Shown here one piece after another: positions 38,726-48,087 of a DNA stretch of 64,000 bases. Position numbers and translations under genes: made by a program. Positions within the stretch are counted from its first letter, which is position 1; every line of letters starts with the position of its first letter. This DNA comes from Campylobacterota bacterium (GTDB taxonomy: Bacteria; Campylobacterota; Campylobacteria; Campylobacterales; Nitratiruptoraceae). A model generated the notes under the pieces. That model saw only the letters and a program-made list of their open reading frames with translations, did no database searches and had not been told where the DNA came from. The DNA lies in NCBI GenBank assembly GCA_013153715.1, contig JAADDW010000013.1, positions 28,765-92,764 of the forward strand. The letters run 5' to 3'.

Positions 38726-39999
38726 CAGATTCTACCGCCTGCATCCAGACCCCAGGTGGTGCGCCACCGGGTCTTAACGAGACTCAGCCCCACGATGGCC
38801 AGCAAGACGATCCCAGCAAAAACATAAAAGCCTACTGCGTAGGTGCCAAAGGTAGCCTTGCTCCATCCAAGGATCTTGATGAGAGCTGTCCCCCCGAGAC
38901 CTCCGGCACACCCGACAATTCCTGTCATGATCCCCATATCTCTACCGAAGCGTTGGGGTACCAGCTGGAAGACCGCTCCGTTGGCCATCCCGAGGAAGCT
39001 CATGATCAGGAACAAGATCACAATGGCTATATGGAAGTTGTGGACAAAGGTGTTGAGGATCGCCAGGACGAAGACCCCTCCATAGAAGATGTACAAGGAT
39101 TTGACCCCTCCCAGGCGATCGGCGATGGCCCCTCCGACAGGGCGTAACATTGCCCCTGCGAAGATACACAAGGCTCCAAAGTAGCCAGCCACCACCTTAA
39201 CATTGGGTTCACTGAGGAGCTTGAGACCGATTTCGGCCATCTCCTCCTGATAGACATTCATCAAATAGACCTTCATATAGTTGGCAAAGCCGACAAACCC
39301 TCCAAAACTCACGGCGTAAAAGAGGCTGAACCACCAGGTATCCCTGTCCCGTAGGAGCTTGAGGTAATCTACCCAGCTCTTCTCGCGGGGGGTATAGACC
39401 TCCGGTGGGGCATCCTTGGCCAAGAGGATATAGGTGATGAGGATGATGGTCGAGAGGATCCCGCCTACGAGGAAAACCGCTGGCCAGCCCCAGATCTCGG
39501 CGATCTTCGGAGCGAAGAGATAGTCGATGACCACACCGATATTTCCAGCTCCCGCTAATCCCAGGACCAACCCCTGGAGGCGGGGTGGGTACCACTGGCC
39601 CGCTTGGGGCAAAGCTACGGCGAAACTGGCTCCGGCAAATCCGAGACCAGAGGCGACGGCCAAGAGCTCATAGTAGGTGATAGACTCTCCCCGAAAGTAG
39701 GTGTAAAAGAGGGAGGCGATGACGACGGACTGGGCCAAGATGGCTGTTCTCTTGGGGCCGATATTGTCCACGAGAAAGCCCAGGAGGATCCGCAGGATCG
39801 CTCCCCCCAGAATGGGAATGGCCAAGAGGGTAGCCTTCTGGTTGGGGTCCAGGAGATAGCCATGTCTGGCCAGGGATTCGGCGATCTCCGTGGCCAGGGG
39901 CCCCAGCATAGTCCAGACCATAAAGCTAAAATCGAAGTACAGGAAGGCGGCGATGAGGGTCGGCAGATGGCCTGCCCTTTTGAGCTCACCCAGTCTCAT
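38725..39999 (-). CDS. narK: MFS nitrate/nitrite transporter (NarK/NasA-transporter type, 424 aa)
   Basis: About 12 TM helices and an NNP-like Gly-rich segment. Start taken at ATG 39999 (MRLGELKRAGH), with AAGGAG 5 nt upstream. The track start 40101 adds a non-hydrophobic AT-rich extension. Confidence 0.87.
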   Translation of the reverse strand: MRLGELKRAGHLPTLIAAFLYFDFSFMVWTMLGPLATEIAESLARHGYLLDPNQKATLLAIPILGGAILRILLGFLVDNIGPKRTAILAQSVVIASLFYTYFRGESITYYELLAVASGLGFAGASFAVALPQAGQWYPPRLQGLVLGLAGAGNIGVVIDYLFAPKIAEIWGWPAVFLVGGILSTIILITYILLAKDAPPEVYTPREKSWVDYLKLLRDRDTWWFSLFYAVSFGGFVGFANYMKVYLMNVYQEEMAEIGLKLLSEPNVKVVAGYFGALCIFAGAMLRPVGGAIADRLGGVKSLYIFYGGVFVLAILNTFVHNFHIAIVILFLIMSFLGMANGAVFQLVPQRFGRDMGIMTGIVGCAGGLGGTALIKILGWSKATFGTYAVGFYVFAGIVLLAIVGLSLVKTRWRTTWGLDAGGRI

Positions 40000-40012
40000 T
40001 GAGGCTCCTTTA

Positions 40013-40045
40013 GATCTTTTACGGGATTTTATATGAAAAAAGATC
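40013..40045. promoter_or_regulatory. 8-bp inverted repeat GATCTTTT-N17-AAAAGATC bracketing the putative narK -10 box
   Basis: The arms at 40013..40020 and 40038..40045 are perfectly complementary. The minus-strand TATAAA (40028..40033) lies between them. Confidence 0.35.
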
Positions 40046-40061
40046 AACTTAGTGTTTAAGA

Positions 40062-40083
40062 TTTGATCAATAAGTTGAACAAA
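40062..40083. promoter_or_regulatory. Near-perfect palindrome TTTGATCAA-TAAG-TTGAACAAA in the narK/glnB divergent region
   Basis: 9-bp arms with one mismatch and a 4-bp centre, located between the two divergent promoters. Candidate dimeric regulator site. Confidence 0.35.
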
Positions 40084-40093
40084 TTCATAATGA

Positions 40094-40486
<393 letters not shown>

Positions 40487-40495
40487 GAGGGAACA

Positions 40496-41719
40496 ATGAA
40501 GATCGTAGCCGCTGACAATGTCTGGATCCTCACCTCAACGGCCCTCGTTCTTCTCATGAGCGTCCCCGCTCTTGCCATCTTCTATGGAGGTCTGACCAAG
40601 ACCAAGAGTATCCTCAATACGATGATGATGGTCATCGTCGCCTTCTGTATCACCTCCTTCCTCTGGCTCCTCTTTGGCTACTCCCTGGCCTTCGGTTCCG
40701 ACCTGGGAGGGGTCATTGGAAGTCTGGAATACCTCTTCCTCAACGGTATCAACCCTTCCGATCCTGCACCTGCGGCGGAGAACCTCTACCACTACCTCTT
40801 CATCTTCTTCCAGATGACCTTCGCCGCCATCACTGTGGCCCTCATGGCGGGAGCCTTTGTGGAGCGTATGAAGTTTGGAGCGTGGATGGCCATCAGCGCC
40901 CTCTGGGCCATCCTGGTCTACTTCCCAGTTGCCCACTGGATCTGGGGGGGAGGCTTTCTCTCCGACTGGGGAGTCCTCGACTTCGCAGGGGGGTTAGTGG
41001 TCCATGAGACCAGCGGGGTCTCAGCCCTGGTAGGAGCCATCCTTCTCGGAGCCAGAAAGGAGAATGTGATGCAACCCTCCAATCTCCCTCTGGTCGGAAT
41101 TGGAACGGGGCTCCTCTGGTTCGGCTGGTTCGGTTTCAACGGGGGGAGCGCCCTCGCCATGAACGCCCAGGCTGTCAGCGCCGCCTTCGTTACCACAGTG
41201 GCCGCCTTTGTTGGAGGCTTCGTCTGGATGGTGCTGGAATGGATCAAATTCAAGAAACCCACCTCCCTCGGGCTCTTCACAGGGGTCATCGCCGGACTGG
41301 CGACGATCACTCCTGCTAGTGGCTTCGTCGACATCTTTGGAGCTGTACTCATCGGGACCATAGCGGCCCTCGTCTGTTTCTGGGCAGTTGTCTCCCTCAA
41401 ACAGCGGTTTGGCTATGACGACAGCCTCGATGTCTTCGGTGTCCACGGTGTCGGCGGAATGACGGGAGCCCTCCTCCTCGCCCTCTTCGCCAAGCCCGAA
41501 GTCGCCGATGTGAAGGGGCTCTTCTTCGGAGGAGGGCTGGGACAACTGGGCTCCCAGTTGGCAGGAATTCTCGTCGTGGGCCTCTATAGCCTCCTCATGA
41601 CAGTTCTCATCTTCAAGGTGGTCGATCGGTTCATGGGTCTCCGGGTCGATCGAGACGCTGAGATCGAAGGGCTCGACGAGGCGATCCACGGCGAACGGGC
41701 CTACCTGAAGGAGTACTAG
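40496..41719 (+). CDS. amtB: Ammonium transporter (Amt family)
   Basis: 407 aa with about 11 TM helices and Amt signatures (DFAGGLVVHETSGVSALVGA, FGVHGVGGMTGALL). 9 nt after glnB. Confidence 0.95.
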   Translation: MKIVAADNVWILTSTALVLLMSVPALAIFYGGLTKTKSILNTMMMVIVAFCITSFLWLLFGYSLAFGSDLGGVIGSLEYLFLNGINPSDPAPAAENLYHYLFIFFQMTFAAITVALMAGAFVERMKFGAWMAISALWAILVYFPVAHWIWGGGFLSDWGVLDFAGGLVVHETSGVSALVGAILLGARKENVMQPSNLPLVGIGTGLLWFGWFGFNGGSALAMNAQAVSAAFVTTVAAFVGGFVWMVLEWIKFKKPTSLGLFTGVIAGLATITPASGFVDIFGAVLIGTIAALVCFWAVVSLKQRFGYDDSLDVFGVHGVGGMTGALLLALFAKPEVADVKGLFFGGGLGQLGSQLAGILVVGLYSLLMTVLIFKVVDRFMGLRVDRDAEIEGLDEAIHGERAYLKEY

Positions 41720-41756
41720 TCTCGCTCTGAGGGGTTCCCCTCACCCCTCCACCTCC

Positions 41757-41951
41757 CAGAGGATCGTAGAGGATCGGGAGGATGCATTGATCCTCTCCTA
41801 CCGGATCACCAACGATGAGGAGATACTCTTCCTGGCCAAGCGGTGGCTCCCCCATATGCGGATCATCTCTCCCACCTACCTCCAGGAGAGGTTGGAAGGG
41901 ATGGTAAAGGAGTTCCTCCGAAAGAGTGAGGAGTTGAGAGAAAAAGGGTGA
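41757..41951 (+). pseudogene. Remnant resembling the C-terminal end of a WYL/YafY-type regulator (5' three-quarters missing)
   Basis: The frame is open from the amtB stop to TGA 41949..41951 with no ATG or GTG start. It reads QRIVEDREDALILSYRITNDEEILFLAKRWLPHMRIISPTYLQERLEGMVKEFLRKSEELREKG, which resembles the C-terminal extension of WYL-domain regulators. Recognition is from memory only. Confidence 0.4.
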
Positions 41952-42154
41952 CAGGCCTCCACCGCTAGGCTGAGTTCTGGCCTCTGACGGAGGATCTCCC
42001 TCTAGGTGCCAAAGTCCCATCGGCCCCAGATTTTCAGGGGAGGTTCCCCAAATCTCCCCATCCTCTCTCCATGGAGGAAGAGACTATGGCGACCCCGTGT
42101 AATTTTTCACCCATTTTTGGCGATAATATCACAATCTGAAAGAGGGAGAGACCC

Positions 42155-43435
42155 ATGGGAAAGCTCAAGAAGTGGTGGAACTCCTATAAAAAGGCGCTCT
42201 TCTATCAGGAAGGGAAGCCCCTCTCCTTCGGGGCCCATCTAGCCATCTTCACCTACCTCTTCTTCGTTCTCTGGCTGGTAGGGAAGGGGATCGATTTCCA
42301 GACCTCCTTCCTCCAACCTCCCTACCGCCAATTTGGCCACCTCTGTATCGACTTTGCAAAGCGGGTAGAGCGGGCCGAGGAGCTCCACAGGGAGCTTACG
42401 GAGCTGGTACCGATAGAGGAGTTCGACCGCCGTCTGAACGGGAAGGACCTCGAAAACTTCTTTGGAAGCCACCCCCTCTGTCAGAAGTTGGGAGAACGGT
42501 TTCTGGCGGTTCTCACCGATTTGGAGATCCGCTCCCGACTCAAGGGGATTGAGAGGATCAAGGGGGAGATAGGGAGGCTCCGGAGGGAGATCACCCAGAG
42601 GGAGAAACAGTACTCCAGCATGCTCCTAGAGCGGATTGCCCAGGTCGATCGGAACCGCTCCATTCTGGTAACCGATGTAGACCATATCAAGAGGGAGATT
42701 GAGGAGCGGAAGAGAAGGATCGCCCAGCTGGAGAGGGAGATGAGGGAGCTCCGAAATATCTCCTCCATTCCAAATTACAGGGAGTTCATCTCCTTCCTCC
42801 GGGAAAATGGGAAGAGAATTCTCCAAGAGCAGAGGAGGGCCTATCTTCTCTATACCTTCAACTACCTCCTCTACGCCTACTCCTTCCTCATTCCGGCCTT
42901 CCTCATCTTCTGGTTCCTCTACCGCCTCTTCCAGCGGAAGAGGTTCCAGATCCTCCAGAAACTGGCTCTCCACACCCTCAATGTTATAGCCCTCTTCATG
43001 ATCTACTACCTTGCGATCCTCATCTACGAGGTCATTCCCAAGGTCTGGCTCCGGAAGTTTCTGGAGTGGCTCCAATCCCTCAACCTCCAATTTCTCTTCT
43101 CCATCGGGGGAATTCTCCTCCTCATGGGGCTCTTCTGGCTCATCATTGCCGCCATTCAGAGGCGATCCCAGAGCCCCTCGGCGGAAAAGGGTGTCAAATA
43201 CCTCTACCTTCGGGATGGGAGGTGCGGCTTCTGCGGAGCCCGCCCCCGACAGGGCGACCGCTACTGCTCCCTCTGCGGGAGGCGACTCTTCCATAGATGT
43301 CCCCAGTGTGGCAACTCCGTTCCTGCAGGGGCCCCCTTCTGCCCCCACTGCGGAGGGAAGAACTCACTGGATCAACATCAGTTTGGCCAGTCCCAAAAAG
43401 GCAAAGAAGCCGACCACATCGGTGACGGTCGTTAG
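42155..43435 (+). CDS. Membrane protein with long coiled coil and C-terminal double zinc ribbon; function unknown
   Basis: 426 aa. One N-terminal TM, a ~130-aa heptad-rich segment (EIGRLRREITQREKQ...RRIAQLEREMRELR), three TM helices, then four CxxC pairs (CGFCG, CSLCG, CPQCG, CPHCG). RBS AGAGGGAGAG. Confidence 0.75.
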   Translation: MGKLKKWWNSYKKALFYQEGKPLSFGAHLAIFTYLFFVLWLVGKGIDFQTSFLQPPYRQFGHLCIDFAKRVERAEELHRELTELVPIEEFDRRLNGKDLENFFGSHPLCQKLGERFLAVLTDLEIRSRLKGIERIKGEIGRLRREITQREKQYSSMLLERIAQVDRNRSILVTDVDHIKREIEERKRRIAQLEREMRELRNISSIPNYREFISFLRENGKRILQEQRRAYLLYTFNYLLYAYSFLIPAFLIFWFLYRLFQRKRFQILQKLALHTLNVIALFMIYYLAILIYEVIPKVWLRKFLEWLQSLNLQFLFSIGGILLLMGLFWLIIAAIQRRSQSPSAEKGVKYLYLRDGRCGFCGARPRQGDRYCSLCGRRLFHRCPQCGNSVPAGAPFCPHCGGKNSLDQHQFGQSQKGKEADHIGDGR

Positions 43436-44722
43436 GAGAACACTGCTCCCCACGGCCGGATCGGATCCGATCTTTTTGAGGAGGAGGGGGATGACAGCCC
43501 CAAAGAAGCCGGCGGCTAGGAGATTGATGACCATGGCCAGGGCGATAACCACCCCCAACATCTGGTCATGGAACCAGACCCAGGCTATGGCCCCCATAAT
43601 GACGGCGAAGATGAGGCCGTTGAAGAGGGCTATGAGGGTCTCCTTCATGAGGGCCCTCTTGGCGTTCTGCCAGTCGATCTCCCCCAAGGCCAGCTTCCGG
43701 ACGACAACTGTCAGGGTCTGGGTTCCGGCATTGCCCCCCATGGAGGCCACTATCGGCATGAGGACGGCGAGGGCCACATATTTTTGGATCGTCTCATCGA
43801 AGAGGCCGATGACTAGGGAGGCGAGAATGGCTGTACCTAGATTGATAAGGAGCCACCAGGCCCGCTTTTTGGTGACCTCTCCAATGTCTTCATCCTCTTC
43901 ACTCTCCTCATCGACCCCGGCCAGATTGTAGATCTGCTCTGTCGCCTGCTCCTCTACCAGATCGATAATATCATCGGAAGTGATCCGCCCCAGGAGCCTC
44001 CCATTCCCATCGACCACCGCCACGACGGCCAGATCGTAGTCTTCAAACTTCTTGATGAGATCTCCAATGGGGTCTGTCGCCTTGACAGCAATAGGTTCGT
44101 ACCGCTTCTCATGGATAATATCGCTGAACCGTGTCTCGAAGTCGTAGAGGATCAGATCCTCCAGGGGAATAATGGCCCGGAGCCGATCCTCCCTATCGAC
44201 AACATAGACTTGGTGGATATTGGAGAGCTCCCCCATAGCCTTGAGCCGGCGGAGCCTCTCGATGGCCTCGGCTATCCGCTCATCTTCATAGGCCTTGAAG
44301 ACCTCGGTCTGCATATAGGCCCCAGCCTGGTCCTCCTCATAGCCGATGAGCTCCTGGATCTCCTCTTTGTACTCGGTACTGATATTCTCCAGGACCCGCT
44401 GTTCCAGCCTCTCATCAATATCCTCAATATCCTTGACTAGGTCGGTTGCATCGTCACTATCCAGCTCTTCAATGGCCTCCGCCAACTCTTTGACACTCAG
44501 GTGCTCTATAGCATCGTCCCGGAGACCCTCAGGCAGCTCCAAAAGAACCTCTCCCAGTATCCCCTTTGGGAGCTGCTTGAGAGTCTTGTAGAAGAGCCTC
44601 TCATCTTCATGTTTCAAATATTTGAGATAGGCCGCTATATCGCTGGGGTGGAGGTTGACCTCCTCCCCAGCAAGGAGTTTCTCAAGCTCTTTTCCAACTC
44701 TAATCAGTTCTCTTCTCTCCAT
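43364..44722 (-). CDS. mgtE: Magnesium transporter MgtE
   Basis: MgtE N-domain, two CBS domains and a C-terminal 5-TM domain (GNAGTQTLTVVVR, DPAVGSSVLLTTVTDVVGF). Confidence 0.93.
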   Translation of the reverse strand: MERRELIRVGKELEKLLAGEEVNLHPSDIAAYLKYLKHEDERLFYKTLKQLPKGILGEVLLELPEGLRDDAIEHLSVKELAEAIEELDSDDATDLVKDIEDIDERLEQRVLENISTEYKEEIQELIGYEEDQAGAYMQTEVFKAYEDERIAEAIERLRRLKAMGELSNIHQVYVVDREDRLRAIIPLEDLILYDFETRFSDIIHEKRYEPIAVKATDPIGDLIKKFEDYDLAVVAVVDGNGRLLGRITSDDIIDLVEEQATEQIYNLAGVDEESEEDEDIGEVTKKRAWWLLINLGTAILASLVIGLFDETIQKYVALAVLMPIVASMGGNAGTQTLTVVVRKLALGEIDWQNAKRALMKETLIALFNGLIFAVIMGAIAWVWFHDQMLGVVIALAMVINLLAAGFFGAVIPLLLKKIGSDPAVGSSVLLTTVTDVVGFFAFLGLAKLMLIQ

Positions 44723-45890
44723 TTTCTCCTCCTATGTATGAGACTAGTTTGATCTTCTCTATCCTGTGGGCAGTCTCCCCTTGGGCCAGGAGCTTCTCAA
44801 TCTCCCTCTTGTACCGCCGTACCATCTTTTTGAAGCGCCGGAGCTCTTTGCCGTAGAGTCTGCTCCGGGCGATCCGGACAACCCGGAGAGGGTTGATGGG
44901 CCTATTGTTTTTGTAGAGTCCAAAGTGGAGGTGGGGACCTGTACTGAGCCCCGTACTCCCCACATAACCGATGACCTCTCCCTGCCGCACATAGCGCCCC
45001 TTTCTGATCCCCTTCCGGAAACGGGAGAGGTGGGCGTAGAGGGTCTTGTACCCCTCTTTGTGGGCGATGATCACCACATTTCCATATCCCCCCTTCCGTC
45101 CGGCGAAGATGACCCGTCCATCTCCCGCCGAACGGACAGGGGTCCCCCTTCTCGCCCCGAAATCGACACCCAGATGGGCCCTCCATCTGTGGAGAACGGG
45201 GTGCCACCGCCTCAATGTGAAGCGGGAGGTAATTCGGGCACCATGGATAGGGCGCTTCAGGAGAAAGCGGTCCATCTCCCTCCCCTGTTCATTGTAGTAC
45301 CGCCCCTTGTAGTTGAAGACATAGTGCCTCCTCCCCCGCATCTCGACCATGGCCACCTTGACCACAGGCATACCGAAGAGCTGGCCCAGGCGGTATTTCT
45401 GATCGTAGAGTATAGCCAATCGGTCCCCCTTCCTGATAGAGTGGGTAAAGTCCAGGGACCTCTTAAAGGCTTGGACAAACTCATGGGCTAACCGAATGTT
45501 CCCTGTTGTATTGAGTATCTCGCTGTAGGGGGGACCATCCAAGGAGATGAGGAGCCGCTCCTCCCTCTTGGTGTAATCTATCGGGATGAGGTCTATCCCG
45601 TACCCCTTCCCCCCCCGAAATATATGGATCTGGAGCTCCTCGTTGATCGGTATGAGAACCTGCTCGATGGAGCCATTGTCGTCTAACAGGGTGTAGTAGG
45701 GAACTCCCGCCCTCAATTCGCTGACCAGCTCCTTCTCCTCTCCATCCAGAGAGTAGTAGAGTTCCTTGGGAAGCCCGCTCCTCTCCAGATACTGGAGGAA
45801 ACTCTGGGATCGGGCCCACCGCCCCAACTCTATGGAACCGGCACTCAGAAGTGTAGCCACAAGGGGCACAACGGCAGCGAATCGCATCAT
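44700..45890 (-). CDS. M23/LytM-family peptidoglycan metalloendopeptidase (Csd3-like in size)
   Basis: Signal peptide MMRFAAVVPLVATLLSAGS. M23 motifs HLGVDFGA, GYGNVVIIAH and GSTGLSTGPHLHFGLY. A minus-strand TACAAT (45912..45917) lies 22 nt upstream. Confidence 0.88.
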   Translation of the reverse strand: MMRFAAVVPLVATLLSAGSIELGRWARSQSFLQYLERSGLPKELYYSLDGEEKELVSELRAGVPYYTLLDDNGSIEQVLIPINEELQIHIFRGGKGYGIDLIPIDYTKREERLLISLDGPPYSEILNTTGNIRLAHEFVQAFKRSLDFTHSIRKGDRLAILYDQKYRLGQLFGMPVVKVAMVEMRGRRHYVFNYKGRYYNEQGREMDRFLLKRPIHGARITSRFTLRRWHPVLHRWRAHLGVDFGARRGTPVRSAGDGRVIFAGRKGGYGNVVIIAHKEGYKTLYAHLSRFRKGIRKGRYVRQGEVIGYVGSTGLSTGPHLHFGLYKNNRPINPLRVVRIARSRLYGKELRRFKKMVRRYKREIEKLLAQGETAHRIEKIKLVSYIGGENGEKRTD

Positions 45891-45985
45891 CTTCTCCTTG
45901 AAAAAGTTTCTATTGTATCCTAAAAGCCCTTAAAGATGGACATTTAGGGGGTCCGTACCAAGAGGAGCCCTCATGAAAATGTGGT

Positions 45986-46702
45986 ATGATAACCATAATC
46001 CAAATAAAAGGAGCTCTCTTGATACGACTGCTCATTATCGGTATCCTCACCCTCACGCTCCTCGGAGGGGAGAGGGAAATTCTCTCAGTTGAAGGGGGGT
46101 ACGGCTCCATAGAGGCCGTCTCCCTCCCCAAGGGGACCAGCGGTATCGTCGTCCACCACTTTGATGGGGAACACTCTACAATCATCGCCCGGGCCATTCT
46201 GGAGGCCCCGGATCGGATCCGCTTCGTTGTCTATGACGCCCTCGCCCAGCCCAACCTTCCCAAGCCGAAGATGGGGCCCCAGAAGGGAGATACCCTCATC
46301 CTCCAATACCTCTACCACCGGCTCGTAGCCATAGCCCCCAACTACAAGAGTTACGAGGAACTGAGGTCCAAGATAGATGGGGAGTGGATCCATCCGGACC
46401 TCTTTGCCGCCGAGCTGGCCAAGGAGAAGCACCCGGCCCCAACCCGCCAAGATTTCCGCAATTTCTGTAACAAATTTGCTGTCGGAAGGGTGGCCATCAT
46501 TCTCAAGGAGAGGGCCCATATTCTGGACTGCTACAGCTTCTCCACCCTCCAGACAGTTCCCATGGAGAGAGTGGATGAGAAGGTCCAGAAGCCCTTCTAT
46601 ACCAGAATTACGAAGATCGAGGGCTCCCTCTTCAACTTCTTTGGCCCCAAAGAGATGGAGGACTACTACACCTACTATACCCGACTGATGGAGGGGAGAT
46701 GA
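45986..46702 (+). CDS. Conserved exported hypothetical protein (tentatively PgbA-N-like)
   Basis: Hydrophobic N-terminus LLIRLLIIGILTLTLLGG. An in-frame TTG at 46019 with AAAGGAG 5 nt upstream may be the true start. The family assignment is a weak recollection. Confidence 0.6.
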   Translation: MITIIQIKGALLIRLLIIGILTLTLLGGEREILSVEGGYGSIEAVSLPKGTSGIVVHHFDGEHSTIIARAILEAPDRIRFVVYDALAQPNLPKPKMGPQKGDTLILQYLYHRLVAIAPNYKSYEELRSKIDGEWIHPDLFAAELAKEKHPAPTRQDFRNFCNKFAVGRVAIILKERAHILDCYSFSTLQTVPMERVDEKVQKPFYTRITKIEGSLFNFFGPKEMEDYYTYYTRLMEGR

Positions 46703-48078
46703 AAAAGAGCGATATTCAGGAACTGAGACGCCTCATAGGAGAGGAGAATGTCCACGATGACCGGCCCCACCAGCTGGCCTACTCCTACGATGCCACCCGG
46801 GACCACTATGAGCCGGAGGCTGTCCTCTTCCCACGGAATGAGGAAGATGTGAGCAAGGTCCTCCGATACTGCAATGAACGGAGGATCCCCGTAGTTCCCC
46901 GAGGTGCGGGGAGCGGATTTACAGGGGGAGCCCTCCCTATCCGAGGGGGAGTTGTCCTGGCTCTGGAACGCCACATGAACAGGATCAAGGAGATCGATCT
47001 CAAGAATATGGTGGCCGTCGTGGAGCCCGGAGTGATCAACAAGGAGCTCCAGCGGGAGGTGGAGCGCCATGGACTCTTCTACCCCCCCGATCCGGCCAGC
47101 CAGGAGTACTCGACCATTGGAGGGAATGTGGCCGAGAACGCCGGGGGGATGCGGGCCGCCAAATATGGGATTACAAAGGACTATGTCATGGCCCTCCGGG
47201 CCGTCCTCCCCAACGGAGAGATTATCAGGGCCGGAAAGAGGACCATTAAAGATGTGGCGGGCTACAATCTGGCCGGAATTCTGGTAGGGAGCGAAGGGAC
47301 CCTGGCCGTCATTACGGAGATCACCCTCAGACTCCTCTCCAAACCTCGGCTGACCAAGACGGTCATGGGGGTCTTCCCCACTGTGGGAGAGGCTATGAAC
47401 GCCGTCTATAAATCCCTGGCCGGTGGGGCCAACCCCGTCGCCATGGAGTTCCTCGACAATCTGACAATCAGAGCCGTAGAGGAGAAGTTCCACAAGGGGC
47501 TCCCCGTCGATGCGGGGGCCATTCTCATCAGCGACATCGATGGAAATGTGGAGGAGGAGATCGACTACCAGATAGCCCTCCTGGAGCGGTTCTTCAAAGA
47601 GAATGGAGCCACCCAGTTCCATATTGCCCGAAATAGTCGGGAGGCCGCCGACATCTGGTTTGCCCGGCGGAATGCGAGCCAATCCATAACGATCTACGGC
47701 TCCAAGAAGATCAACGAAGATGTAACCGTTCCCCGGAGCGAACTCCCCCGTTATCTGGAGGAGGTGGAGAGGATAGCCCAGAAGTACAGGGTGACCATCC
47801 CCTGTTTCGGCCACACAGGGGACGGAAATGTCCATACCAATGTAATGGTCGATGGGGAGAATAGGGAGGAGGTGGAGCGGGGCTACAAGGCCATTGAGGA
47901 GATCTTCAGGGTGACCATCGATTTGGGTGGAACACTGAGTGGGGAGCACGGAATAGGCCTCTCCAAGGCCCCCTTCATGAAGATGGCCTTTACCGAGGGC
48001 GAACTGGAGCTCTTCAGGAGGATCAAGGCGGCCTTCGATCCCAACAATATCCTCAATCCGGGGAAGATGGGGCTCTGA
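46699..48078 (+). CDS. glcD: FAD-linked oxidase, GlcD/D-lactate dehydrogenase family
   Basis: FAD-binding PCMH-type domain (PVVPRGAGSGFTGGALP) and C-terminal GGTLSGEHGIG. 459 aa. Confidence 0.85.
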   Translation: MKKSDIQELRRLIGEENVHDDRPHQLAYSYDATRDHYEPEAVLFPRNEEDVSKVLRYCNERRIPVVPRGAGSGFTGGALPIRGGVVLALERHMNRIKEIDLKNMVAVVEPGVINKELQREVERHGLFYPPDPASQEYSTIGGNVAENAGGMRAAKYGITKDYVMALRAVLPNGEIIRAGKRTIKDVAGYNLAGILVGSEGTLAVITEITLRLLSKPRLTKTVMGVFPTVGEAMNAVYKSLAGGANPVAMEFLDNLTIRAVEEKFHKGLPVDAGAILISDIDGNVEEEIDYQIALLERFFKENGATQFHIARNSREAADIWFARRNASQSITIYGSKKINEDVTVPRSELPRYLEEVERIAQKYRVTIPCFGHTGDGNVHTNVMVDGENREEVERGYKAIEEIFRVTIDLGGTLSGEHGIGLSKAPFMKMAFTEGELELFRRIKAAFDPNNILNPGKMGL

Positions 48079-48087
48079 CCGTTCCCC

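Noticed and set aside
41631-42020. 129-aa minus-strand ORF after amtB
   Set aside because: It overlaps the amtB 3' end in antisense and has a Gly/Pro/Arg-rich composition. The plus-strand reading of the same DNA gives a recognisable regulator fragment instead.
44700-44760. Mg-sensing riboswitch (M-box) in front of mgtE
   Set aside because: There is no leader. The mgtE start lies 23 nt inside the upstream M23 peptidase gene, so there is no room for a structured 5' UTR.
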